Shown piece by piece: positions 1-8,699 of a DNA stretch of 59,646 bases. The notes under the pieces were generated by a model. It saw only the letters and a program-made list of their open reading frames with translations, ran no database searches and had not been told where the DNA came from. Origin of the DNA: Candidatus Parcubacteria bacterium (GTDB taxonomy: Bacteria > Patescibacteriota > Patescibacteriia > CAIXNZ01); the NCBI GenBank assembly GCA_026395755.1, contig JAPLYC010000075.1, positions 1-59,646 of the forward strand, in the 5' to 3' direction. A program made the translations under genes and the position numbers. Position 1 is the stretch's first letter, and each line of letters starts with the position of its first letter.

Positions 1-1
1 G

Positions 2-3000
2 ATTTCTTTACAGGCTGGTGCTCTGGGCGGGTTGGCGACACTGGATGGGTTAGGAAAAATATCATCCGGTCAATTACCGGCAATTACAATTACTAATGTT
101 AATGTCGTTGCTGATATTGCAGCCAGAGATGCGCTTACTCCAGTGGAGACGGGTGATGTGGCTATAGTTTTAGATGAACACCCCGGGTTAGCAGTGGTAT
201 CCAATACCTATATCTATGACGGCACTGTCTGGCAGGAAGTGAAAAAGCCGTTAAATCAGTATTTTGCCATAGCTAATAATTTAAGTGAATTGACCAGTCC
301 TTCTACGGCCAGAACAAATTTAGGCTTAGGTACTGGGGACAGCCCTGTATTTACCGGCTTAACTTTAAGCGGGCTGACAGCTGATTCATTTATTTATTCC
401 GGTACAGGCGGATTAATTTCTTCAACTGCTGCTCCTTTAGACGGAGAACTGCTTATCGGTGCGACTGGTTCGACTCCTGTGGCAGCAACTTTAACAGGCA
501 CCTCCAATCAGGTGGATGTAAACAATGGAGCCGGGTCCATAACCTTATCAACTCCGCAGGATATTGATAGTGGCGCGACCCCTCAATTTGCAGGCTTAAC
601 TTTAACAGGAAGCGGAATTTTAGCTAATGCGCAGGATGTGCAGTTTCGGGAAGCGACAATTAACGGAACAAATCATGTAGCGATAAAAGCGCCGGCAATT
701 TTAGCAGGCGATTATACATTGACGTTACCACTAGCCCAAGGTGGTGCCAGCACTTATTTACAAAATGACGGCTCGGGCAATTTGAGCTGGGCAGCAGGAG
801 TCGGCGGTTTTACAGATCCGATGTTAAATATTGGAGATATTATAATTCGTGATGCAGGAAATATAACAAATAGATTAGCAATCAGCGGTACTACTGGCGA
901 TGTTTTGACCGTATCAGCGGGAGGCGTGCCGGTTTGGCAGACATTGCCGAGCGCAGGAGCAGAAGTTGATCCAGTGGTAGCGTTAATAAATGGGTTAGTT
1001 AAATCAAACGGTACAATAATATCAGCTGCAACAGCCGGAACAGATTATTCAGCCGGAACATCAGCATTAACAACGGGACTTTTAATATCAACAACAGGTA
1101 CCGGGGCGTTAAGTATAGCTACAGCGGGAGTAGATTATGTAGCGACTGAAGCAGATCCGATAGCCGGGGGAGTAACCGGAATCGTCTTAGGAGACGGAGC
1201 CGGCAATTTATCAGCAGCCGCAGCCGGAACAGATTATTCAGCCGGAACATCAGCATTAACGACTGGACTATTAATGTCAACAACAGGTACTGGGGCATTA
1301 AGTATTGCCACGGCCGGAGTTGATTATGTAGCAACAGAAGCCGATCCGATAGCCGGGGGAGTAACCGGAATACTTTTAGGAGATGGAGCCGGTAATTTAT
1401 CAGCAGCAGTAGCTGGAGACTTTCCAACTTTAAATCAAAGTACGACCGGAACTGCAGCCAATGTAACAGGAACAGTTGCTGTTGCTAATGGTGGTACTGG
1501 TCTAGCTACAGTTGGTATCGGTGAAATTATTTATGGTTCAGCTTTAAATACTTATTCAGCTTTAGCTATAGGCGGTGCTAATACATACCTAAAATCAGAT
1601 GGTATAGGCGGATTATCATGGGCAACTCCGGCTGGTAGCGGCACTATTACTGCTGTCGGTGATATTGCAACTGGCGCTGCCTTTACAGCAACAAATGGCG
1701 CAGATGGTAACAACCTCTATTTTGAAGGCGCAACCTCCAATGCAAATGAAGTCAATCTGACTGCGGCTGATCCAGGTACTGATGTGACAGTGACAATTCC
1801 TGCAACAACCGGTACGTTATTATTGGATATGAATGATTTATCAGATTTAAATAGTGTTCCTACAGCACTGAGTAATTTAGGGTTAGGGACAGGTGACAGC
1901 CCGAGTTTTACGGGGCTGACAGTATCAGGTGGCACAGGCACTTTAGGAGGCAATGCCCAGACAGGCAGCTTAGAAGTGTATGACGGATCAAACAACAAAG
2001 TAACTTTAACAAGTCCGGCAATAGGAACAGATTATACATTAATATTGCCTATAGATGATGGGACAGCAGGACAATGTCTAACAACAAGCGATGGCACCGG
2101 GACATTAGCCTGGGCAGCTTGCGGAGGTGGAGGCGGAGCAAACACGGCACTGTCAAATCTGGCAGCAGTGGCCATCAACACAGCATTATTGCCGGGAACA
2201 ACGGACTCAATAGCTTTAGGATCTGATTCATATAACTGGTTGAATTTATACTTAGGGAATGGCGGAGTAGTTTTTGAAGGCGCAACAGGAGGAGTGGATG
2301 CAAATGAGACTACCTTGGCGGTGGTAGACCCGACAGCAGACCAGACAATAACCTTACCTAATGCCACGGGCACAGTTTTGTTAAACACGAATAATTTAAC
2401 AGACGTATCAAATACAGCGACAGCGCGTGGCAATTTAGGCGCGGCTGCCAGCGGAATAAACACAGATATCACGGGATTAAATGGACTAAATAAGCAGAAT
2501 GCCATACAAATCGGGCCATACGGATTAGTGGCAGGAAATACTGGCGAAGCCAGATTTTTGGAACTGGCGGCCAGTGGTACAGATTATGCGGCAATTAAAT
2601 CCCCGGATGCATTGGCAGCCAGTTATACCTTGACCTTGCCGGTAGATGACGGCACATCGAGCCAGTTCTTGCAGACAGACGGAAGCGGGGTATTGTCCTG
2701 GGCAACTCCAACAGCCTCGAGTATAGCCTTTAATAATATAACCGGTGGAACAAATACATCGGCTGCTATGATAGTTGGAGGCACCGCTTCTTTAGCTCCA
2801 ACAACCGGATCTATAACTGCTAATAAATTTAGACAAGGTGTTGGAACTGATACAGACGATGTTGATCTCGCAGCTACTGAAGGCGAAGTCGCCGGCATTT
2901 TACCCGTAGCAAATGGCGGTACTGGCACGCTTAGCGGAACATTGGGCGGTGTGCTTTTTTATGCCACTGCAGGTAGTATCGCTAATACAGGAGCCGGTGC

Positions 3001-4729
3001 CAATAATCAATTTCTTAAAAGTAGTTCCGGAGGGCTCCCAGGTTTTTCTTCAGTTGCGTTGAATACTAACGATGTTACAGGCATTTTGCCTATTCTCAAC
3101 AGGGGCGGTACTGGCAATGGAACAGCTCCAGGCTCTCCGGGAATGGTTGTTTATACTGCATCAACTACGGCTTATGGCTATACTGCACAGGGTAGTTCGG
3201 GACAATTGTTGCGTTCAGGTGGTGCGGGAGTTCCGACCTGGACAACAGCAACTTTTCCAATCCTTGCCGGCGCATCTGGTAATGTCTTAAAATCTGACGG
3301 TGCTGATTGGTCAAGTGCTGCCCCTACTATGGCACTTTCTGGTCTTTCACAAGCTTCAAGTTCAAATACGATTGCTAACGCTGATTATCCCCAGACTTGG
3401 AATTGGGCTTTGACTACGGCGGCTAGAACAGCTTTTTCTCTCAATGAAAGTGCAAACTCAGCTGGTGGTTCAGGATCCCAGTATATTTTAGGTGTAGGCA
3501 CTTTTTCTACGTCCTCTACGGCAGCTCCATTAAAAGTTACACTGGGAGCGAATAAGATTATTGATACGACAAGTACAGGCGGTTTAATTTTTGGTAATAC
3601 TGCTATAAATACGCCCATTACTATAAAATCAGGAACAGGCGCAATTGATATTGGTACCGATGTTTTTGCCCATACTACAACATTAGGGTCTACAACAGGC
3701 GCAGCTTCAACTGTAGTTCAATCAGGAACCGGTGCCCTTAAAATTGAAACTCAAGGTACTGGTGGTTTATTGATTGGTAATAATGCTATTGCCCAGACTA
3801 TTACTGTTGGCAATACTACTGCCGGAACATCCATTGCCTTAGACACCGGTACCAGTGGCACTATCGATATCGGTGCAAGTGGTTTTTCCAGAGCAATTAA
3901 TATTGGTACCGGAGCAGCCGTTGTTGAAACAATTACGATTGGAGGCACTGGCGCTAATCCTATTTATATTGGTAATAATCAGGCTAGTGGCTCAATTAAT
4001 CTTGGTGCCAGCATGATCGGAGGCACTATCACGATCGGCGGTACTGCGCAGACAGGCGGTATTAGTATCGGTACAGGTACTGCTACACAAACATTGCTTT
4101 TTGGTACTGGCACACTTGAAACAGGAACAAAAAATATTACTATCGGAAATCTTGATAGCGGCACAACCATGAATATTAAATCAGGCATAGGCGGTCTCCA
4201 TTTGGCGACTGCCAATAGCGGGAACATTACATTATTAGCAGATTCCACCGGTACTATGCAGATTGATACGGGTTTAAATGGTACTATTAATATTGGTAAC
4301 GGTCCAGCCGCTAAAACAATAAATTTTGGTAATAATAACACCTCAACAGCAATGAACATCACATCAGGTACAGGTGGTATTAACCTTACTGGTAAAGTAA
4401 GAATAATAGGTACTGCCCCCACGCCTACTAGCCCTGCCGGCACTTGTTCGGTCGGTGGAGTTGTTAGTATGGCAACTGGTTCCAGCGATAATGCTGGTAA
4501 GATACAAGTAACGGCCTGCACAGCCGGAAATTATAGCGCCCTTACTATTAGTTTTTCTGCAGCCTGGACAAATGCTCCATTCTGTACAATTTCTGCAACT
4601 GATAATAACTCGGCAACTATGGTTTCAACCGGAGTTTGGGTTACCACTGCCACAGGTTCCATGACCATAAACGTACCGGCTGCTAGTACTAATGCAACTA
4701 CCTGGAACTATAATTGTTTTGGTAATTAG
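2..4729 (+). CDS. Giant (>1565 aa) Gly/Thr/Ala/Asn-rich fibre/adhesin-like surface protein with phage-tail-fibre-like N-terminal motif; 5' end runs off the window
   Basis: The frame is open from nt 2; ISLQAGALGG precedes the listed TTG at 32. N-terminus LDGLGKISSGQLPAITI..ARDAL..GDVAIV resembles the common tail-fibre N-terminal motif. Recurring modules are YTLTLP..DG..Q.L..DG.G.LSWA, NLGLGTGDSP.FTGLT and VANGGTG. The C-terminal third consists of IxIG(T/N) beta-helix-like repeats. No enzymatic motif was seen. Confidence 0.7.
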   Translation: MSLQAGALGGLATLDGLGKISSGQLPAITITNVNVVADIAARDALTPVETGDVAIVLDEHPGLAVVSNTYIYDGTVWQEVKKPLNQYFAIANNLSELTSPSTARTNLGLGTGDSPVFTGLTLSGLTADSFIYSGTGGLISSTAAPLDGELLIGATGSTPVAATLTGTSNQVDVNNGAGSITLSTPQDIDSGATPQFAGLTLTGSGILANAQDVQFREATINGTNHVAIKAPAILAGDYTLTLPLAQGGASTYLQNDGSGNLSWAAGVGGFTDPMLNIGDIIIRDAGNITNRLAISGTTGDVLTVSAGGVPVWQTLPSAGAEVDPVVALINGLVKSNGTIISAATAGTDYSAGTSALTTGLLISTTGTGALSIATAGVDYVATEADPIAGGVTGIVLGDGAGNLSAAAAGTDYSAGTSALTTGLLMSTTGTGALSIATAGVDYVATEADPIAGGVTGILLGDGAGNLSAAVAGDFPTLNQSTTGTAANVTGTVAVANGGTGLATVGIGEIIYGSALNTYSALAIGGANTYLKSDGIGGLSWATPAGSGTITAVGDIATGAAFTATNGADGNNLYFEGATSNANEVNLTAADPGTDVTVTIPATTGTLLLDMNDLSDLNSVPTALSNLGLGTGDSPSFTGLTVSGGTGTLGGNAQTGSLEVYDGSNNKVTLTSPAIGTDYTLILPIDDGTAGQCLTTSDGTGTLAWAACGGGGGANTALSNLAAVAINTALLPGTTDSIALGSDSYNWLNLYLGNGGVVFEGATGGVDANETTLAVVDPTADQTITLPNATGTVLLNTNNLTDVSNTATARGNLGAAASGINTDITGLNGLNKQNAIQIGPYGLVAGNTGEARFLELAASGTDYAAIKSPDALAASYTLTLPVDDGTSSQFLQTDGSGVLSWATPTASSIAFNNITGGTNTSAAMIVGGTASLAPTTGSITANKFRQGVGTDTDDVDLAATEGEVAGILPVANGGTGTLSGTLGGVLFYATAGSIANTGAGANNQFLKSSSGGLPGFSSVALNTNDVTGILPILNRGGTGNGTAPGSPGMVVYTASTTAYGYTAQGSSGQLLRSGGAGVPTWTTATFPILAGASGNVLKSDGADWSSAAPTMALSGLSQASSSNTIANADYPQTWNWALTTAARTAFSLNESANSAGGSGSQYILGVGTFSTSSTAAPLKVTLGANKIIDTTSTGGLIFGNTAINTPITIKSGTGAIDIGTDVFAHTTTLGSTTGAASTVVQSGTGALKIETQGTGGLLIGNNAIAQTITVGNTTAGTSIALDTGTSGTIDIGASGFSRAINIGTGAAVVETITIGGTGANPIYIGNNQASGSINLGASMIGGTITIGGTAQTGGISIGTGTATQTLLFGTGTLETGTKNITIGNLDSGTTMNIKSGIGGLHLATANSGNITLLADSTGTMQIDTGLNGTINIGNGPAAKTINFGNNNTSTAMNITSGTGGINLTGKVRIIGTAPTPTSPAGTCSVGGVVSMATGSSDNAGKIQVTACTAGNYSALTISFSAAWTNAPFCTISATDNNSATMVSTGVWVTTATGSMTINVPAASTNATTWNYNCFGN
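1031..1408 (+). repeat. In-frame tandem duplication, 2 x 189 nt (63 aa each), inside the giant fibre gene
   Basis: gccggaacagattattcagccggaacatcagcattaac occurs at 1034 and again at 1223, giving a period of 189 nt. The protein copies AGTDYSAGTSALTTGLL(I/M)STTGTGALSIATAGVDYVATEADPIAGGVTGI(V/L)LGDGAGNLSAA are nearly identical. Confidence 0.9.
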
Positions 4730-4787
4730 AAATTTAGCGTCTTGAATTTTAAACATTTATTTAATAAAAATTTAAAATAAAAAAACT

Positions 4788-5522
4788 ATGGACATCAAAA
4801 CTTTAAAACCGGAAAAACTTAAGGAAAAAATTGGCAGAAAAAAAATGCCTAAACTGCTCAAGATTATTGTTATTGTGCTGGTTATTGTGGCACTCGGGGC
4901 GGGAATCTATTATGCCCTAGACCAGATGGGCTATGTTAAGGCCATGAGACTGGCTTTGCAGTATCAAAAACAAACAGCTTTAAACAAGGAGGATGCGGCA
5001 ATTTTAAACCAGCTGAAAAAGATCATGGTTTTACCGGATGATATTAACCCTACTATGGCCAATATCACTGACATTGAAGCTTTGAAAAAATCACAGCCCG
5101 GATTTTTCGCCACCGCCAGTAACGGACAAAAATTGATTATTTATCCTGATCAGGCCATTATTTTTGACCAAAAATCAGGTAAAATTGTTAAAGTCGGCCC
5201 GGTACAGGTTACCGGTAATCAGAACGCGCAGGTTCAGCCGGTGAATTTTGCCGTTTATAACAGTTTGAAAGACGATCCTGCCAATGCCAAGACCGCGGAA
5301 ATGGAAACTAAAATCAAAACCGCCTTTAATAACGCGGTGGTGACAGTGAAAGAAAATTCAGCAAAAATTGATTACCCGCAGACATTGGTTGTTGATATTG
5401 CCGGCAATAATCCCGATATTCAAAAAATAGTTGATGCCCTGGGCGCAAAATTGAGCGGCCTGCCAATAGGTGAAAAGAAACCTGAAGGAGTGGCGGTGCT
5501 GGTGATTATAGGGAAACAGTAA
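4788..5522 (+). CDS. Hypothetical membrane-anchored protein (single N-terminal TM helix)
   Basis: 244-aa ORF with a basic N-terminus followed by the hydrophobic stretch LLKIIVIVLVIVALGAGIYYAL. No family motif recognised. Confidence 0.6.
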   Translation: MDIKTLKPEKLKEKIGRKKMPKLLKIIVIVLVIVALGAGIYYALDQMGYVKAMRLALQYQKQTALNKEDAAILNQLKKIMVLPDDINPTMANITDIEALKKSQPGFFATASNGQKLIIYPDQAIIFDQKSGKIVKVGPVQVTGNQNAQVQPVNFAVYNSLKDDPANAKTAEMETKIKTAFNNAVVTVKENSAKIDYPQTLVVDIAGNNPDIQKIVDALGAKLSGLPIGEKKPEGVAVLVIIGKQ

Positions 5523-5540
5523 AATTTTCAATTTTTCAAT

Positions 5541-5941
5541 TTTACAATTTTCAGAAAATTTTCAATGGATCAACTTCCAAATAAAATTTACGATTTAGAA
5601 GAAAGAACAGCTAAATTTGGAGAAGATATTATTAGATTTTGTAGAACTGTTAAATCTGATAATATTTGTAATCCCATAATTAATCAGTTGGTCCGTTCCG
5701 CAACTAGTATAGGGGCTAATTATTGTGAGGCAAATAATGCCAGTTCAAAAAAAGATTTTCGCAATAAAATCTATATATGCAAGAAAGAATCACAGGAATC
5801 TAAGCATTGGTTAAGAATGTTGGCTGTATCTTTGCCTACACAAGCCGAGGGAATTAAAAAATTATGGAATGAAGCCCATGAAGTGACTTTAATTTTCCAG
5901 AAAATAACTAAAACTCTTAGTGAATAATTGAAAATTGTAAA
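5541..5941. repeat. 13-bp perfect inverted repeat bracketing the four-helix-bundle gene
   Basis: tttacaattttca at 5541-5553 is the exact reverse complement of tgaaaattgtaaa at 5929-5941. The left arm ends 11 nt before the ATG and the right arm starts 1 nt after the stop. Further partial copies lie at 5953-5976 (ctgaaaattg, cattgtaaattg). Confidence 0.8.
5565..5927 (+). CDS. Four-helix-bundle protein (23S rRNA intervening-sequence protein family, TIGR02436-like)
   Basis: 120 aa with the motif set ERT.KF...I..F......N.I..QL.RS.TSIGANY.EA....S.KDF..K..I..KE..ES..WL..L that is typical of this family. Confidence 0.85.
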   Translation: MDQLPNKIYDLEERTAKFGEDIIRFCRTVKSDNICNPIINQLVRSATSIGANYCEANNASSKKDFRNKIYICKKESQESKHWLRMLAVSLPTQAEGIKKLWNEAHEVTLIFQKITKTLSE

Positions 5942-6014
5942 TTAAGTCTTCTCTGAAAATTGAGCATTGTAAATTGAGAATTAGACTTATGACATTTAAG
6001 ATAAATATTACAAG

Positions 6015-7466
6015 ATGTTACAATTCAAAATAAGAAATTTATTGATATGCACTGCGGCGGCCATACTTTTGGTCGCCCCTTTTGCAGCTGGAGCGGCAAA
6101 TGATTTTATCCTGGATGATGTTGTAAATTTTGATTTAAATACTTTGGAGGCGGTTGCGACTACAATTACAGCCGGTTCGGTTACGTCCGGACAGCAGGTG
6201 ATTGAAATGGATGTGCAGTCAAATTATATTGATATTAGCGTCTATACTGATACAGATATTACTTTTAATACTACTGTCGTCGGCCAGTATTTAAAGTTCA
6301 CTCCTTTTTCCAGCACAAGTTTTACCTTAACTCCATCCTGCCCAACCAATACAGCGCGTATTGCTGGTACTGGCGCGGCTCCGCTAACAGTAAAGCTGGA
6401 AGTAACCTCAGTTAATTCTTGCGCGGCCGGGATTACAGTTACTCCTATTTCAGGCAATACTTCAGAAGCCGGGACTAGCGCAATGTTTGCAATTTATTTA
6501 AATACTCAGCCGTCAGCTAATGTCACAATTGGTATTTCCAGCTCAGATCCTACCGAGGGTAATGTTTCGACTGCCTCTCTGATTTTTACCAGTGCCAATT
6601 GGAATATTCCTAGGTTTGTGACTGTGACAGGAGCTGATGACAGTATTATTGATGGCAATATTACTTATACTATTATTACAGCACCTGCTGTATCTGCGGA
6701 TCTTTATTATAATGGATTTAATCCTAATAACGTCACTGTTGTTAATATTGATAATGATACCGGCGGCGGCGGAGGCGGCGGTGGTGGAGGCGGAGGAGGC
6801 GGAGGAGGCGGAGGTGGCGGTGGCGGAGGTGGCGGTGGACCAATTTTGCCGCAAATAACCTTGCCTGCGGGCGTTTATGTCGGGGATTTAATCAAACGTC
6901 CTGATATACCTACTGTTTATGTTGTTGATGATGATTTAAGACGCCATTCTTTCCCGAACCGGGAAACTTATTTTAGCTGGTTCCCTGATTTTTCTAATAT
7001 CAAAATAGTTTCCGCAGAAACTTTGGCAGCAACCACTTTGGGTTCTAACGTAACAGTCAGTCCCGGCACTTATCTTATAAAGGTCCAGTCAGTGCCCAAG
7101 GTTTTTGCCGTAGAACCGGGCGGCGGCATAAGATGGATTGAAACTGAAGAAATTGCCAGGAAATTATATGGAGAAAAATGGGGTGAGAGGGTAATTGATG
7201 TCAATCCTGCTTTCTATATTAATTATCAGGAAGGCAATCCAATCATCGCGGGCCAGCATCCGACCGGCAGTTTGGTGCAATGGGAAAATGGTCAAAGAGT
7301 TTACTATATTGAAAATGGTGTCAGGCGCTATATTACTTCCGAGGTCTTTATTAATAACCATTACCAAAACCGTTTTGTCTATCGCCAATTAACTCCTGAT
7401 TTTTTCTATACCAACGGTGTAGATTATCCGATGCTCGGAATTCCCGCTTTAATGGTACTGAAATAA
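6015..7466 (+). CDS. Secreted protein: signal peptide, adhesin-type Ig/Calx-like segment, poly-Gly linker, C-terminal domain shared with ORF 31667-34690
   Basis: N-terminal signal LLICTAAAILLVAPFAAGA. The segment FTSANWNIPRFVTVTGADDSIIDGNITYTI resembles adhesin repeat domains. It has a 26-Gly run. About 200 C-terminal aa align with the C-terminus of the beta-helix protein (R.H.FPN..TYF.WF....PGT.L.K.QS...V..VEPG, VID, YQ.G.P). Confidence 0.7.
   Translation: MLQFKIRNLLICTAAAILLVAPFAAGAANDFILDDVVNFDLNTLEAVATTITAGSVTSGQQVIEMDVQSNYIDISVYTDTDITFNTTVVGQYLKFTPFSSTSFTLTPSCPTNTARIAGTGAAPLTVKLEVTSVNSCAAGITVTPISGNTSEAGTSAMFAIYLNTQPSANVTIGISSSDPTEGNVSTASLIFTSANWNIPRFVTVTGADDSIIDGNITYTIITAPAVSADLYYNGFNPNNVTVVNIDNDTGGGGGGGGGGGGGGGGGGGGGGGGGGPILPQITLPAGVYVGDLIKRPDIPTVYVVDDDLRRHSFPNRETYFSWFPDFSNIKIVSAETLAATTLGSNVTVSPGTYLIKVQSVPKVFAVEPGGGIRWIETEEIARKLYGEKWGERVIDVNPAFYINYQEGNPIIAGQHPTGSLVQWENGQRVYYIENGVRRYITSEVFINNHYQNRFVYRQLTPDFFYTNGVDYPMLGIPALMVLK
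6762..6839 (+). repeat. (GGN)26 low-complexity tract encoding 26 consecutive glycines
   Basis: The tract ggc ggc ggc gga ggc ggc ggt ggt gga ... gga was read directly and is in frame with ORF 6015-7466. Confidence 0.95.
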
Positions 7467-7502
7467 AATTATAGTGAGGATAATAATTTTCAAATAAAAT
7501 AG

Positions 7503-7535
7503 AAAAACCCTCACGCGTCGCGGGAGGGTTTTTTC
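7503..7535. terminator. Bidirectional intrinsic terminator between convergent genes
   Basis: The sequence aaaaaccctcacgcgtcgcgggagggtttttt forms a GC stem flanked by an A-run and a T-run. Confidence 0.8.
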
Positions 7536-7536
7536 G

Positions 7537-7881
7537 TCAGATGACGATTTGATGTTCCAGCAGATAGACCTGGGCGAAAATATCTTTTCTGGATAGTTGT
7601 TCGTCGCCGATGTTTTTGCCATTTATATCAAGGCGCTGAAATCTGATCATGTTGTTAGGTTCAAGCGCGACGATTTTTACCAGTCTGACAAAAACATTTT
7701 GGCAGCCTCCCCAGGGTCGGAATTGTCGCTCGAAATCTTTTTTGCTGATTTTGAGAGGACGAGTGGCCTGTCCGTGCTCATCATTTACAAATATCTCAAT
7801 GCGCCCGTCAGGTAAGACTTCTAAGTCATGCACCATTGCCAATTGTACGACACATTCTCCCGCTTTAAACTCTCCAAGCAT
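7537..7881 (-). CDS. Hypothetical protein (higher-GC gene with a strong SD)
   Basis: 114-aa ORF preceded on the minus strand by cactgaggaggaatcATG. No family recognised. Confidence 0.55.
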   Translation of the reverse strand: MLGEFKAGECVVQLAMVHDLEVLPDGRIEIFVNDEHGQATRPLKISKKDFERQFRPWGGCQNVFVRLVKIVALEPNNMIRFQRLDINGKNIGDEQLSRKDIFAQVYLLEHQIVI

Positions 7882-8034
7882 GATTCCTCCTCAGTGTTTA
7901 GCTTATTCCGCATGGTTAAAGAACATTTATATACTATACCTTTTTATGGCAAATATCAAGATTTCGCGGCTCTTGAATAATAAATAAAATTCTGTTAAAA
8001 TTGACTTATCTTAAATCTTAATGTTTTAATTTCT

Positions 8035-8622
8035 ATGGAAAAAACCCTGGTAATTGTTAAGCCGGATGGCGTTCAGCGTAATTTAATCGGCGAAATCATT
8101 TCACGATTAGAGAAAAGCGGCCTTAAAATGGTTGCCGCTAAAATGCTGCAGCCTGATGAAAAATTAATTGAAAAGCATTATACCATCGATCCTGATTGGT
8201 TTAGATTGTGCGGTGAAAAAAACATCAATTCTTATAAGAAAAAGGGGTTGACCCCGCCCAGCGAGGATCCGATCGAAGTCGGTAAAATGGTTTTGCAAAA
8301 ATTAAAACAATATTTAACCTTCTGTCCGGTTGTGTCTATGGTTTGGGAAGGTAGTTCAGCCGTGGAATTAGTACGCAAAATTACCGGAGGTACTGAGCCT
8401 TTAGGCGCGGCTCCCATGGGTACGATTCGCGGAGATTATTGTCTGGAATCATATCTTTTGGCGGATAGCGCCGAAAGAGCAGTGCGTAATTTAGTTCATG
8501 CTTCCGGCTCCGTAGCAGAAGCGGAAAAAGAGATTGCCTTATGGTTTGATAATAAGGAAATTATGGATTATAAATTGACCAGGGATACGATTATTTATGA
8601 TAAGGAATGGAATATTGCTTAA
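8035..8622 (+). CDS. ndk: Nucleoside diphosphate kinase (long form with an internal insertion of about 45 aa)
   Basis: Starts MEKTLVIVKPDGVQRNLIGEIISRLEKSGLKMVAAKM and contains RGDY...NLVHASGSVAEAEKEIALWF. It is 195 aa, versus about 140-150 aa for classical NDKs. Confidence 0.9.
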   Translation: MEKTLVIVKPDGVQRNLIGEIISRLEKSGLKMVAAKMLQPDEKLIEKHYTIDPDWFRLCGEKNINSYKKKGLTPPSEDPIEVGKMVLQKLKQYLTFCPVVSMVWEGSSAVELVRKITGGTEPLGAAPMGTIRGDYCLESYLLADSAERAVRNLVHASGSVAEAEKEIALWFDNKEIMDYKLTRDTIIYDKEWNIA

Positions 8623-8690
8623 GGCTAAGCCTTAAAATAAATGTCAGTGAATTCGCAAATTAAGAAAATTCCTTCAAGGCTTAGCCTTGA
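8619..8690. repeat. REP-like palindrome doublet (REPIN-like), left flank of the RAYT-like gene
   Basis: ttaaggctaagccttaa at 8619-8635 and tcaaggcttagccttga at 8674-8690. The cores aaggctAagcctt and aaggctTagcctt are reverse complements of each other, with centres 55 nt apart. The first copy overlaps the ndk stop codon. Confidence 0.8.
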
Positions 8691-8699
8691 GTAAGTTCT

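Noticed and set aside
1031-1408. Whether the 189-nt tandem duplicate is a diversity-generating retroelement TR/VR pair.
   Set aside because: Differences between the copies are not adenine-specific; they are a mixture of transitions and transversions at many base types. The copies are adjacent and in frame. No reverse transcriptase gene is present in the window.
1119-4521. Seven antisense or alternate-frame ORFs of 65-180 aa inside the giant fibre gene: 1119-1427, 1717-1998, 2032-2505, 2623-2928, 3385-3618, 3751-3948, 3979-4521; plus 3072-3290 on the plus strand.
   Set aside because: All lie wholly within the long, repeat-rich 4.7-kb ORF. Their translations are low-complexity (P/V/L-rich) mirror images of G/T/A codons. 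They have no starts with SD or promoter context, so they are shadow ORFs.
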